Notes under the pieces: model-generated | What the model saw: only the letters and a program-made list of their open reading frames with translations | The model's database searches: none | What the model was told of the DNA's origin: nothing | In this document: positions 45,336 to 59,252 of the stretch, piece by piece | Position numbering within the stretch: the stretch's first letter is position 1 | Layout of the letters: every line of letters starts with the position of its first letter | Source of the DNA: Eledone cirrhosa | Taxonomy: Eukaryota | Direction: 5' to 3' | Assembly (NCBI GenBank): GCA_964016885.1 | Contig: OZ024740.1 | Span: 413,974,001 to 414,038,000, forward strand | Length of the DNA: 64,000 bases | Made by a program: the position numbers and the translations under genes

Positions 45336-45899
45336 TATATATATAATATGGAAAACGAAGAATCAGTGATGCATCGGAACACAATTTATTACGTATTACA
45401 ATTTTTTCTCCGGCGAATAGCTCGAGGTGTGATCTGTTTGTGGATCGAACCTGACTCTGGATTCACAATTTCCTCAGAAACCTCTAGTGATTTTGATGCA
45501 AAGTCTCTTTCTGCTGGAATCCGACCCTTCTAATTTCTATCATCTGCCATCATGCTGTTTGGGCGGCACTTTGATTGGTTGATAGTTCGCGTATGTATAT
45601 ATATAAGAGAGTATTGAAGTCTGCTTGAAGCATTGTGGAACAATAAGGTATATTTCTTTAGGTCGTTTTGGAAGCCTCAACAATGCAGATGGGTAAATCT
45701 CCGGGTAATAAGATCCGGTGGTGGAGAGAGAGATGTAAGTGAATATAGGTTGAGATGTGTAGCGTCTAGAAGAATGTGGGAAAGAGCGTAAAGGATAAAA
45801 ATAATAACACGAGATAGAGTTACCTTGGGAGAGATTTAATTGTTCCTATATATTTCGGATTCACATCCATCAACTGGGGGGGGGGTCCTGGGTTCCGGG

Positions 45900-46660
45900 T
45901 CTAAAGTTCTGGAAGACACTCTATGATTAACAGGAACCTCTTAAATAAAACGACTCTCGCCAATAAAATCTGGCAACTCAAGGATGCAAACATGGAATAT
46001 AAAATCAGCTGGACGAAGCTATCAAAGGCAACGGCCTGTCAAATTGGTATGTCCCACTGCGGTCTCTGTAATATGGAACTTTTCCAAATTTTAAATTACA
46101 ACAAAATGCTTCTTAACAGTAGAATTGAAAGAACTATATTCTGTCGACATAAAACGGCGACCAAATTACAGAACTTTAGACCAGCTTAATTTCATCTTAT
46201 CTATTCCATAACCCAAATTGTACCACGTAGATCTATTATAATATCACATTATCATCATCATCATCATTATTATTATAATTGTCATCATCTATCAATGAAC
46301 AACATCAATACCTCTAACATTTACATTCTTATTTTATATATCTCTATCTTTCAATCTCTATCTCTATATTTCTCTCCCTAAATTTATTTCATCTCTGGCA
46401 TTTTATTCTACCATATAATATAACTTACAACTAATTATTTAATTTATTTATTGAAATAACCAATACACACATAAATATATTTAACATTACCATATTTACA
46501 CCTTCGTATCTCTATATTTTAGCCACTCTCAAAAACCACTTTCAATAATCTTAATATGTTTAAATTTTCTTCACACATTTTTACATTTTTACTTATTTAT
46601 TTTTATATTTTCATTTTTCATTTCTCACATGTTATACCATTTTGTATCATATTAGATGTA

Positions 46661-46691
<31 letters not shown>

Positions 46692-47310
46692 TTTACATTT
46701 ATTCATGTATTAACGTTTATTAATTTATTGTTGATATTATTTTCCCTCTATTGTTATATCTCTCCTACGTTATTTCTCCTTATGCATGTCTCTCCTCTTT
46801 CTATCATCACTTATCCATATATTCTCTTCTCTCCATATTTTCTCTGTATTCTTTTTCTTTCTTTTTTCTTTTTCTTTCTTTCTTTCCTTTATCTATCTCC
46901 CTTTCTTTCTTTTTTTTCTCTCTCTATCTTTATTATTCATATTATTATTGATGATGTAATTTGAATTTGTAAATTTGCCGGTTATATATATTTTTTGTAA
47001 CAGTTTCTGATGATCTGATTCAGCTAACATCGTATTTGAAATTGAGTGGCACTGCTTATAGTGTTCAGCAATTTTTAGACAACTTAATCAGAGAAACAAT
47101 TGTTAGACTGTAAATAAATCCTCTTGTTTTGTACTGTTGACCATGTTATACTTCACTTTTTCAATGTTATTACTCCTAGATAAACTTACATAGGAATACA
47201 AGTGAAATCATAAACTCACCATCTACGTAAACCTCTTGTTGAGTCAAACAACGCCGTAAGCTAAAACTATCCGTAATAAGAAATATTCACAACCTCTAAC
47301 TGGATTACCT
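45900..47310 (+). mobile_element. 3' fragment of a Hydra-like PLE (endonuclease C-terminus 45923-46189, pLTR with HHR)
   Basis: TTLANKIWQLK..CGLC..E..LLNSR.E..CRHK; HHR at 47001-47110. Confidence 0.8.
47001..47110 (+). ncRNA. Type I hammerhead ribozyme with 79-nt stem II domain
   Basis: cagttt-CTGATGA-tctgatt..aatcaga-GAAA-caattg-tt-agactg. Confidence 0.75.
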
Positions 47311-47595
47311 ATATATATATATTAGAAAGTGAGGTTTTTATATATATATATATATAAACAGGTAAATTGCACTACGGCGAGGGTTGAACGCCGAACGTAA
47401 AGAGCTGGGACAATTACTACATTATATTTATTCGTAAATATCTGTACGTCCTTTCCAACAATGCAAAGGTTCAGCAGTACTCCCTACCAGAACATACACT
47501 GATTGACGTTTAACATGGGATAATACTAAACTACCAATGACTGATAGAAGTTGTGACTGATAGAAGTTGTGTTCGATTTTCCTGGCATAAAATAT

Positions 47596-47785
47596 GTGGA
47601 TTGCCAGTATCGGTAGAGGGTCGGACGCCATGCTTTGCAGCAAAGAGTTACGGCCCTTCATGATCTGAGTTCAACTCCCGCCGAGGTTAACTTTGCCTTT
47701 CATCCTTACGGGGTCGATGAAATAAAGTAACAGTAATGCACTGAAATAATTGTTGGCCTTGTGCCAAAAGTAGAAACAATTATTT
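47596..47785 (+). mobile_element. tRNA-derived SINE
   Basis: Same family as 10050-10243. Confidence 0.8.
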
Positions 47786-48669
47786 GACTGTTTATTGTTG
47801 CTTTTCTCGCAAATTATTACCTTTAATTGCTTACCAAAAGCTCATGCTTATGTTGTAATGTCTAACAGGCATCATTCTAACTAACTGCTTTTTTCCTAAC
47901 CCTGTTTATTCTATAGTAATTCTACACAATCGCAACCTTCTGCCCCAGGGGTTGCTTGGTAACAGTTATAAATCCATGTCCTTCATCGTCTATTTTCCTT
48001 TTCCTTTCTTTCGGTGCAAAATAATTTAGTTATTTATGTGTGTCTATGTATGAATGTAAAATATTGTGTGTTTATATATGTATGGATGCATATGTACATA
48101 TATATATATGTTTGTGTGTGTGATGTGTGTGTGTGCGTGTGTGTGTGATGTGTGTATGTGTTATGTGTGATGTGTGATGTGTTTGTGTGTGCGTGTATGT
48201 GATGAGAGTATGTGTGTGCGTTTGTGTGCGTGTGTGATGTGTGTGCGTGTGTGTGATGTGTGTGAGCGTGGGTTTGTGTGTGTGTGTGTATGTTTGTGTT
48301 TGAGTGTTAACATAGTTTAGAATTCAATTAAAAAATGTTTATGTAGTTTTAATCTGAGACATTTACAGTCTGAAATTTATTAATATGTAAATATAAGTAC
48401 ATTCGTTAACTAGGAACCCAATCCTCATGAATAGTTCCCTACATTCTTTGACATATTTTTATATTTTTAATAATAAATTGACATTTCTAAGGAGAATCTA
48501 CCATACGTAGTCAGCTGCTCCTCTCTATGGGGATGTAATAATATCAATATTTATGAAATATATTTACTACGTTCTTTAATAGTTGAGATTTCCACTTGCT
48601 GTTCTGATTCAGCCACCAGCTGCTAACTTTAGTGTCATTTATATTATAAGCGCTGCCTTCATTTATTCA

Positions 48670-48781
<112 letters not shown>

Positions 48782-49477
48782 CTAACACACACACACACAC
48801 ACTATTACTCTCTTCTTCTGTTGCTTTTGAAAAAGGAAAATCTCTTATGAAGGTAACTGTCACTTTTTCACTTCTCGTCTCATCATCATTAAAATCACCA
48901 TCCTTCTCCTCCTATCATCATCATCATCATCATCTTCATAACCATCCTAATGCTCATCATTATCAACACTATCATCACTATCATCATTATCGTCATTATC
49001 ATCATGACTGCCATTATATGTTTCCATATGTTTGTATGAATAGATTCGTATGCCTAGACTTAGTTTTGTATGTGTAGGCTTGTGTATGTGTAGGTTCTTC
49101 TTTGATCACTATTACGTTAATCATCAAATAATTCTTTAAAGCAACTAAAGATTTTCGCGAAGGCTTCTACTGCCCTTGAGGATAAACCAAGAGCAGTAGA
49201 AATAGAAACATGAAAACAGAAAGAACAGAAAATATTATAGAGACGAGAGAAAGTGTGTGAGAGAGAGAAAGGGGTGGAGAAACTGTTGGATGATGAAACA
49301 GATTAAATCGGATCATTGACATTGATTTTGTTCCTGACAAAGATACTTCATTTTCACTACTCTGTCTACTTATCTATAAATAGAATCTAAATTACAGCAA
49401 GTTTACTGATTGTTATTTCTTTTATTGTTACACCTGAATCGGCCGGAATAGAACAGAACCAATATCTAAAGGCGGGC

Positions 49478-49691
49478 AAGTCGTAACCATCCTGTCTCTA
49501 TATTTTATGTGTTGCTTTTTTACGGAAATAGGGTATCTTGGGTGACGTTATCCAATATGGCTTCTTTTAAGATGACAGAGGTATAATTTGAGGGAGTTCT
49601 GGAAGAAGCCATATTGGATAATGTCACCCAAGATACACTATTTCCGTAAAAAAACAACACATAAAATATAGAGACAGGGCGGTTACGACTT
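49478..49691. repeat. Fold-back inverted repeat (arms about 90 bp)
   Basis: aagtcgtaacc..tatccaatatggcttctt / aagaagccatattggata..ggttacgactt. Confidence 0.8.
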
Positions 49692-50029
49692 AAACGCCTT
49701 TGATTTGTCATTTACCCTTTGTAAACAGTAGGGATATCAATATTCGATCTGATATTATTATTTAATATGAGGAATAAAGCATCATTTCATTATGCGTACT
49801 GGACAACTAGTGTGACACGCAAATTTCCGAGGCTATCCATTTATTTTAAACCGGTAACCAGGCAGGGGTCCTAAAGCATCTGAAAGTCTTGTGAAATTTT
49901 ATTTGGTGCAATAGAAAGTCAGACGAGATATCCTGCCTTAAGAACTCTGGCATTTTACCCTTTCTGTTCGTTTTTTTGCATTTTCCACAAAAAAGAAACT
50001 TGCTCAGACATACACTTTGGAGAAACCTT

Positions 50030-50290
50030 CCATGTATGGACATGTGATGCGCATGGAGGATGACCGCTGGGTAAAGAAGTGCCAAGAAATGCCAGTTGAA
50101 GGAAGACGCAGTAGAGGAAGACCACGAAAAAGATGGCCGGAGGTGGTGAGAGCAGACGTAAGATCGATGAAGCTCACGGAGGAGATGACGAAGAACCGTG
50201 ACAAGTGGAGAGATGCTGTGCTGGATAGGACCCGTCCCACCCTTGAAAGCAGGGAAAAGCGGACGTAAAATGATGATGATGAGGAGGAGG
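50030..50290 (+). mobile_element. 3' end of an RTE-clade LINE
   Basis: YGHVMRM..EGRRSRGRPRKRW..D..A/TKNRDKWR is a typical RTE ORF C-terminus; followed by a (TGA)n tail. Confidence 0.8.
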
Positions 50291-51091
50291 AAGATGATAT
50301 ATATATCCATGACCTAGTAAGACATATAGAGACACCGGAACATATTTGATGATGTGAGGCAAGAAACAGATTAATTCAAATTATGCACTAGTGTCTCTCT
50401 TTTCAGGAATACATTGTACAGTGTAATCATCTCTTTCTAAGATATTGATGCTATTTCTTGCAGGTGGTGCGTTGGTTTGTTGTGGTAGAAGAAGGAAAAA
50501 ATATCTAGAAGCGTAATCTTTGAATTTGTATGCAAATAATTTAGAAAACCATAAAAATTATACGTAATAGAAGGAAGACATTAAACACGCAGAGAAGGAG
50601 AAGGAATAGCAGAGGAGAAGGAATAGGAAGATCATAATGTACGCCTTCCAAGACTGATTAGTATAATGAGATCAATTTTCAGATAGAACATATGAGATTG
50701 ATATATGTAACGATAAACATAGACAGTGAAATTCCAAGCAAATTGCAGTATTGCGGGATTTGTTAATTGAGACGCAACTGGAATGCTTAAAATACTTGGG
50801 CAGATGCATCAGGTAGACTATGGTGGAATCATATGCATCTAGCTCGTTTATTGCAGTAAAATGTGTTGCAGTAACTGTAGACAATGCAAAATGAAGAACA
50901 GTATGTCTGTGAGTTTCTGATTGACATCTGAAATATTTCAGTTAATCAAATTACGAAAAGATATATGTTAATTAACTGATAGAACGCCTTTGTGTTGATG
51001 AGAGATAAAGTCACGAATCGAAAATCCTTTTTATGAAATACGCGTTCTCAAGTATGGTTTGGAAATAAACATACATGTGTGCATGTATGCA

Positions 51092-51152
<61 letters not shown>

Positions 51153-51832
51153 GTTATTCCGGGTTGAATCGGAGGTAACCACAGTAAGTAAGGTACTCAA
51201 TACATTGCAGAGTATAAAAGTTTTAATATAGATGAGATTCTACAGGACTAGAACTCTTTCATTCTTTAGAAATCATCAGGAATCTGGATATCAAAAAATA
51301 AGTATGGTATTTATAGGTCTCTACAAGTGGTAGGAGAGGGTGGGGAGTGGGATGGGTGTAGGTCATTGGTTGATAGAAAAGGGAATTCATTAAAAGCTAA
51401 TTCTACAAAGCTATAGTTTATTTTTATTTATTTTTGTTTTTAGAGTAACAAAGGCAGACAGAATTCTATAAACAGGTTCAGGATGGCATGCCACTCCTTG
51501 TTATTAAGTTTCTCTTAAGCTAACAGGTGTCTATAAGATCAGTGGGGGGTCAGTCATGGTAGATAGATTTAAAGGAAAGGGAGATTCTTTAAAAGCCAAA
51601 TTCATTAAGGTTCTACTAAGTGACAAAGGTTTAGAGAATTCTGTAGACAAATTCAAAATATTGAGTGCATGTCTTACAATTATCTTCAAATTTCTCTTAA
51701 ACTATTCAACTATATGCCAAAAATCAACAGACACATTCACAAAACACACTCACTCACACACTCGCGCGCAACCATAAACACACATACACATACACATATA
51801 CACACATAAAAACACACACACACATATAAATA

Positions 51833-51898
<66 letters not shown>

Positions 51899-51950
51899 AC
51901 ACTATTCATACATATATTCATATATATATATATAAATATATATATATATT

Positions 51951-54089
51951 TTATTCCAAATTGAAGGATAAGTGTTTCAAACTTTATTTTATCATGAGTT
52001 AAAGGTCTATAGATTTTTCCCCGGATTTCACTAAATTCTGTGGATGAATTTATATCCTGATTCTCTTTTGAGATGAGTTTGAGTTATTTTTCCTAAATCT
52101 TTCGTTAACTACTTTTCCCATCTTGACGTTATAGTCGCATATATGTTATAGAATGCCGTTAGCTTCTTGCTAAAACAATCTCTATACCTCTCATTTATAT
52201 TTATACTCGGATTCTTTTCCTAGAGTGCTTAAACTATCTGTGACTAATCCCGGTTTTTTTCATAAAAACTGTGATAATTATTGCTATTTTGCTGAACTCC
52301 TTTTGTAGAGTTTTTTTTCAGAATATATTTGACTTCTATTTCTTGTAAATAAACATTCACTTCCATCCTGACGTCACTAGCCCCGTGTTTTCCTCATGTG
52401 CTTTTTCATAATTACACATGAAGGCGAACTAGCCAGTTTTAGAATTCCCTTTTCGGATTATATTACTGTGAGAGCCCTGGTTTTCTGTTGAGCTCTGCTG
52501 ATGAATGAAATCCAACCGTGACCATCTCCACTGAAAGTTTTCATGAAATAGTCTTTTAAGACTATACAGAGCTTTTGATGTTATTCCAAATTGAAGGATA
52601 AGTGTTTCAAACTTTATTTTATCATGAGTTAAAGGTCTATAGATTTTTCCCCGGATTTCACTAAATTCTGTGGATGAATTTATATCCTGATTCTCTTTTG
52701 AGATGAGTTTGAGTTATTTTTCCTAAATCTTTCGTTAACTACTTTTCCCATCTTGACGTTATAGTCGCATATATGTTATAGAATGCCGTTAGCTTCTTGC
52801 TAAAACAATCTCTATACCTCTCATTTATATTTATACTCGGATTCTTTTCCTAGAGTGCTTAAACTATCTGTGACTAATCCCGGTTTTTTTCATAAAAACT
52901 GTGATAATTATTGCTATTTTGCTGAACTCCTTTTGTAGAGTTTTTTTTCAGAATGTATTTGACTTCTATTTCTTGTAAATAAACATTCACTTCCATCCTG
53001 ACGTCACTAGCCCCGTGTTTTCCTCATGTGCTTTTTCATAATTACACATGAAGGCGAACTAGCCAGTTTTAGAATTCCCTTTTCGGATTATATTACTGTG
53101 AGAGCCCTGGTTTTCTGTTGAGCTCTGCTGATGAATGAAATCCAACCATGACCATCTCCACTGAAAGTTTTCATGAAATAGTCTTTTAAGACTATACAGA
53201 GCTTTTGATGTTATTCCAAATTGAAGGATAAGTGTTTCAAACTTTATTTTATCATGAGTTAAAGGTCTATAGATTTTTCCCCGGATTTCACTAAATTCTG
53301 TGGATGAATTTATATCCTGATTCTCTTTTGAGATGAGTTTGAGTTATTTTTCCTAAATCTTTCGTTAACTACTTTTCCCATCTTGACGTTATAGTCGCAT
53401 ATATGTTATAGAATGCCGTTAGCTTCTTGTTAAAACAATCTCTATACCTCTCATTTATATTTATACTCGGATTCTTTTCCTAGAGTGCTTAAACTATCTG
53501 TGACTAATCCCGGTTTTTTTCATAAAAACTGTGATAATTATTGCTATTTTGCTGAACTCCTTTTGTAGAGTTTTTTTTCAGAATGTATTTGACTGCTATT
53601 TCTTGTAAATAAACATTCACTTCCATCCTGACGTCACTAGCCCCGTTTTTTCCTCATGTGCTTTTTTCATAATTACACATGAAGGCGAACTAGCCAGTTT
53701 TAGAATTCCCTTTTTCGGATTATATTACTGTGAGAGCCCTGGTTTTCTGTTGAGCTCTGCTGATGAATGAAATCCAACCGTGACCATCTCCACTGAAAGT
53801 TTTCATGAAATAGTCTTTTAAGACTATACAGAGCATTTGATGTTATTCCAAATTGAAGGATAAGTGTTTCAAACTTTATTTTATCATGAGTTAAAGGTCT
53901 ATAGATTTTTCCCCGGATTTCACTAAATTCTGTGGATGAATTTATATCCTGATTCTCTTTTGAGATGAGTTTGAGTTATTTTTCCTAAATCTTTCGTTAA
54001 CTACTTTTCCCATCTTGACGTTATAGTCGCATATATGTTATATTATAGAATGCCGTTAGCTTCTTGCTAAAACAATCTCTATACCTCTC

Positions 54090-54097
<8 letters not shown>
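51951..54097 (+). repeat. Tandem array of a 630-bp unit (3.4 copies), each full unit with an HHR; retrozyme-like
   Basis: Unit start ttattccaaattgaagg at 51951, 52581, 53211 and 53843; very few differences between units; no long ORF. Confidence 0.9.
52492..52572 (+). ncRNA. Type I hammerhead ribozyme with complete stems (repeated at 53122-53202 and 53754-53834)
   Basis: gctctg-CTGATGA-atgaaa..tttcat-GAAA-tagtct(ttta)agacta-ta-cagagc. Confidence 0.85.
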
Positions 54098-54130
<33 letters not shown>

Positions 54131-54135
<5 letters not shown>

Positions 54136-54437
54136 AAGTGAGTCCTTCATCAGTGACCCTCCAACCGTCCTCGGCATTTCATCGCTTTAAGGGCCATATG
54201 CCTCAGGTTGGTGCGAACAACGGCTAAAAAAAGTCGTTGGGACACGTAAATAAAGGGGGACGCTAGAGTAACAACAAAAAGGTTTAAGCAACGGAAAGTG
54301 AGTAGAAATAGACAAGTCCCAGATCTCTATGAATATAAACTCTGTGTTGTTCGCACCAACCTGAGGCATATGGCCCTTAAAGCGATGAAATGCCGAGGAC
54401 GGTTCGAGGGTCACTGATGAAGGACTCACTTTTTCAT
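54131..54437. repeat. Fold-back element with about 90-bp inverted arms in (TA)n
   Basis: tgaaaaagtgagtccttc..ggtgcgaacaac / gttgttcgcacc..gaaggactcactttttca. Confidence 0.8.
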
Positions 54438-54483
54438 ATGTATCCCATTTGCAACGCCGCAGCTCCATTATTATCATCATATT

Positions 54484-54547
<64 letters not shown>

Positions 54548-54783
54548 TATATGTATGAATAGTGTATCTCTATATATATATATATATAAATATATGTATG
54601 TATGGTGTATATGTGTGTGTGTGTGTGTGTATATATATGTATATATATATGTGTATGTATGTGTATGTATGTATATGTATATATATATTTATATATATAT
54701 ATATATATGTGTATATATATATATATACACATGTATATATTTGTGTATGTATGTGTGTGTGTGTGTATATGTATATATGTATA

Positions 54784-54823
<40 letters not shown>

Positions 54824-55370
54824 TATTTATATGTGTGTGTGTGTTTTTATGTGTGTATATGTGTATGTGTATGTGCGTTTTTGGTTGCGCGCGAGTGTGT
54901 GAGTGAGTGTGTTTTGTGAATGTGTCTGTTGATGTTTGGCATATAGTTGAATAGTCTAAGAGAAATTTGAAGATAATTGTAAGATATGCACTCAATATTT
55001 TGAATTTGTCTACAGAATTCTCTAAACCTTTGTCACTTAGTAGAACCTTAATGAATTTAGCTTTTAAAGAATCTCCCTTTCCTTTAAATCTATCTAACAT
55101 GACTGACCCACCACTGATCTTATAGACACCTGTTAGCTTAAGAGAAACTTAATAACAAGGAGTGGCATGCCATCCTGAACCTGTTTATAGAATTCTGTCT
55201 GCCTTTGTTACTCTAAAAACAAAAATAAATAAAAATAAACTATAGCTTTGTAGAATTAGCTTTTAATGAATTCCCTTTTCTATCAACCAATGACCTACAC
55301 CCATCCCACTCCCCACCCTCTCCTACCACTTGTAGAGACCTATAAATACCATACTTATTTTTTTATACCC

Positions 55371-55421
55371 AGATTCCTGATGATTTCTAAAGAATGAAAC
55401 AGTTCTAGTCCTGTAGAATCT
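55371..55421 (+). ncRNA. Type I hammerhead ribozyme
   Basis: agattc-CTGATGA-tttc(taaa)gaat-GAAA-cag(ttctagtc)ctg-ta-gaatct. Confidence 0.8.
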
Positions 55422-55435
55422 CATCTATATTAAAA

Positions 55436-55471
<36 letters not shown>

Positions 55472-55628
55472 TAACAGATTAAAGTTTAAGCAAAGAATCG
55501 CTTCTTTCACCCTTAACGGGATCTTCTGTTATTTAAATAGATATTTGCTCTAGGGTTCTTATATATTTTATATATATTTATTCTTATCGAGTCCTCTTTT
55601 AGATTTTATTCTTCGCATCTATTATTAT

Positions 55629-55753
<125 letters not shown>

Positions 55754-55820
55754 AAAATAACAGATTAAAGTTTAAGCAAAGAATCGCTGCTTTCACCCTT
55801 AACGGGATATTATATATATA

Positions 55821-55892
<72 letters not shown>

Positions 55893-55913
55893 CGTGCCTG
55901 CGTGCGTGCGCGC

Positions 55914-55944
<31 letters not shown>

Positions 55945-55946
<2 letters not shown>

Positions 55947-57050
55947 CAGAGAAAGCCTTAAGCGATACTCTGACCAACTTCATTTCACTCAACAAACATT
56001 AGTATATACCTAAGTATTCTCCCAATTTAGTGTTTGGGGTGCTAACTAATCAGTATTTCGTGGATAGCTGGTTGTATTATTTTATATGACACATAATTAA
56101 ATAAATATCTCTTTCCTTCCAGGCGATCGTTTTGTTATAAGATCTCTACAATTTGGGATAAATAATGTCCAGGTTTTGTAGAAACTTGTATATTATCGGT
56201 ACACAAGCGGGCACTTATAAACTCATCAGTGGATGCCCAAATAATATCGATATAAAAATTACATCGACATTAATACATTAGTGATCGTCTCCTTCAGGGC
56301 TAAAGAGAGACTGGTAGATTCGAAAGGCCAGCAATCCTTATAAAGATAAGATACACGCTGCCCCCAAGAGGATAAGGGGAGGTCATCTTAAAATATAAAA
56401 CAATATACACGCTGGTCATTTAAACCTTTTAGGTATTATAACCACGTGTTTAAGAACTCAATTGGATATTATATGTATACACAATCAATGCACACATAGA
56501 GATATTAAAACATAATAAATGCATGTATGAACCACCCATATACACACATAGTTATTCTCTAAGGCTAAATCAGACATGGGATATAAGGAAAATCAATCAG
56601 TATTTCATATAAAAAATAATAATAATAAAGAAAGTCATACCTTATATATGGAAATCATATCTGGCCACCAAGAGTATATATTTAATACATTAACAGAGAA
56701 AGCCTTAAGTGATACTCTGACCAACTCCATCTCACTCAACAAACATTAGGATATACCTAAGTATTCTCCCAATTTAGTGTTTGGAGTTCTAACTAATTAG
56801 TATTTCGTGGATAGCTGGTTGTATTATTTTATATGACACATAATTAAATAAATGTCTCTTTCCTTCCAGACGGCCGTTTCGTTATAAGATTTCTACAATT
56901 TGGGATAAATAATGTCCAGGTTATGTAGAAACTTGTATATAATCCATAGTCTTATACACAAGCGGGCACTTATAAACTCATCAGTGGATGCCCAAATAAT
57001 CTCGATATAAAAATTACATCGACATTAATAAATTAGTGATGGTCTCCTTC
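55945..57050 (-). mobile_element. Tandem pseudo-LTR-like direct repeats (55945-56295 and 56693-57050) with long-stem-II HHR
   Basis: HHR 56865-56988: tcca-CTGATGA-gtttataag..cttataac-GAAA-cggccg-tc-tgga; degenerate copy at 56118-56233. Confidence 0.7.
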
Positions 57051-57141
57051 ATCTCTTTTAATATAGAAGAGCTTCTACAGGACTGGAACTGTTTCATTCG
57101 TGAGAAATCAGATGATTTCTTACGAATGAAACAGTTCAAGT

Positions 57142-57208
<67 letters not shown>

Positions 57209-57310
57209 CTCTCGTATCTTCATATCCATAGAGCGCTTGTCTACACAATACAGAAGTTGCGTTTCGCTAATTTCTACCCGCCGAAATGCGATTCTCGGTA
57301 AATTTATATT

Positions 57311-57417
<107 letters not shown>

Positions 57418-58051
57418 ATGTGTGTGTGTTTGCATGTGTTGTATATATTATGCCAATATATGTGTGTATATATAATGTATATCTTATGTCTGGGTGTATA
57501 TCGTTATAGTGGAGGTATATACATTTTAATTATTTTATTCATTCGTATTTACCGTTCCATCTGTAGATTATATCTGCTTTACCATGGTAGAATTTAATCC
57601 CTATTAACTGACAATTTATTATGTGCCTTCTCTCATTGCTATTATTTATAAAGAGCTTGGTCTCTCTTCCTTGAGGTCCCTTGCTCATGGAGGATTTATT
57701 GTGAATTTCTAACTCTATATTATAATTTGACTATATATATATATATATATATGCATACATGCACGCATATGTATTTTTATTTCCAGACCATTCTTGAAAA
57801 CGCGTATTTCACATAAAAAGGATTTTCAATTCGTGAATTTATCTCTCATCAACACATAGGCGCTCTATCAGTTAATTAACATATATCTTTTCGTAATTTG
57901 ACATACTGTTCTTCATTCTGCATTTTCTACAGTTACTGCAACAAATTTTACTGCAATAAACGAGCTGGATGCAGCATAGATTCCAGCATAGTCTACCTAA
58001 TGCAGCTGCCCAAGTATTTTCAGCATTCTAGTTACAATTAACAAATCCCCG

Positions 58052-58117
<66 letters not shown>

Positions 58118-58123
<6 letters not shown>

Positions 58124-59075
58124 GTTTGTATATGTATAATAAAGTCAAAACAATGCAGGTATGGACATAGAATAAAGAATGCAAATGCAAAAGATATTGT
58201 TGACAATTAGTCTTTTGCCTTAGATTTATTTAAATGTCCTTAATTTTCGAGATAATATCTCTTCTTCGGAGGGAAGTAAAGCGGTTAAACCAGTGTTCTA
58301 AATAGCTTGCCAAGTCATGCTGACAGGAAATTATATAGAGTATCTGTTCTATCTCTAATGTCAAAGAGTTAAGGTTAGGTGGATAAAGAGTAGTCTCCCT
58401 TTAAAAGGAAAGAAACATCGGCAATCTTAGAATTAAGGAAGCACTAATTATAGACAAAACAACCACCAATCAATAATAGACTAGAACTCAACACCCAATT
58501 TATAACTTGATAGAGCTTCTAGCCTCATATTTACATACACCCCACACACACACACGCACACACACACGCACACACACGCACACACACACACGACACGCTT
58601 ACACCTCCACTTATCCTCTCTCACACACACACATACACACACAAAGACCAGTTATAACACGAGATAACATCTATCCCCCACATTTACTTATAGAAATATC
58701 TTCTCACACTCACACACACACACTCACATACTTACATCTTCATGCATTCTCCCACACACTTAAACAGGCATGTACAAAAAAAAAACTTTTAACGGGAGAC
58801 TACTCTTTATCCACCTAACCTTAACTATTTGACATTAGAGATACAATAGATACTCTATACCATTTCCTGTCAGCATAACTTGGCAAGCTATTTAGAACAA
58901 TGGTTTAACCGCTTTACTTCCCTCCGAAGAAGAGATATTATCTCGAAAATTAAGGACATTTAAATAAATCTAAGGTAAAAGATTAATTGTCAACAATATC
59001 TTTTGCATTTGCATTCTTTATTCTATGTCCATACCTACATTGTTTTGGTTTATTATACATATACAAACGTTTATA
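58118..59075. mobile_element. Pseudo-LTR element with inverted arms (58118-58400 and 58794-59075), each with an HHR-like motif
   Basis: cct-CCGAAGA-a-gagat(att)atctc-GAAA-at-ta-agg at 58921-58955 (+) and 58238-58272 (-). Confidence 0.7.
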
Positions 59076-59133
59076 CCTCATTACACAATGCTTCAAGTGA
59101 ACTATAACCTCCTCCATATATATATATAAATAT

Positions 59134-59252
59134 GAAGGCGTGTGGCTGAGTGGTTAGAGAATTGGATTCACAATCTTGAGGTTGTGAGTTCGATTCCTGG
59201 ACCAGGCGATGCGTTATGTCCTTGAGCAAGACACTTTATTTCACGTTGCTCC
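59134..59252 (+). mobile_element. Second tRNA-derived SINE family, 5' part
   Basis: A box TGGCTGAGTGG and B box GTTCGATTCC, followed by non-tRNA tgtccttgagcaagacactttatttcac. Confidence 0.75.

Larger units (their letters stand above)
51213..55442. repeat. Inverted pair of PLE pseudo-LTRs (51213-51840 and 54815-55442)
   Basis: Near-identical mirror ORFs 51556-51777 and 54570-55100; each arm carries an HHR (51235-51285 -, 55371-55421 +). Confidence 0.85.

Noticed and set aside
51951-54097. Tandem array as CRISPR or plain satellite
   Set aside because: No repeat-spacer alternation, eukaryotic context, and each full unit contains a ribozyme.
59134-59205. tRNA-like sequence with A and B boxes
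   Set aside because: No clean acceptor stem or terminator, and it runs into a SINE body; called as a SINE head.
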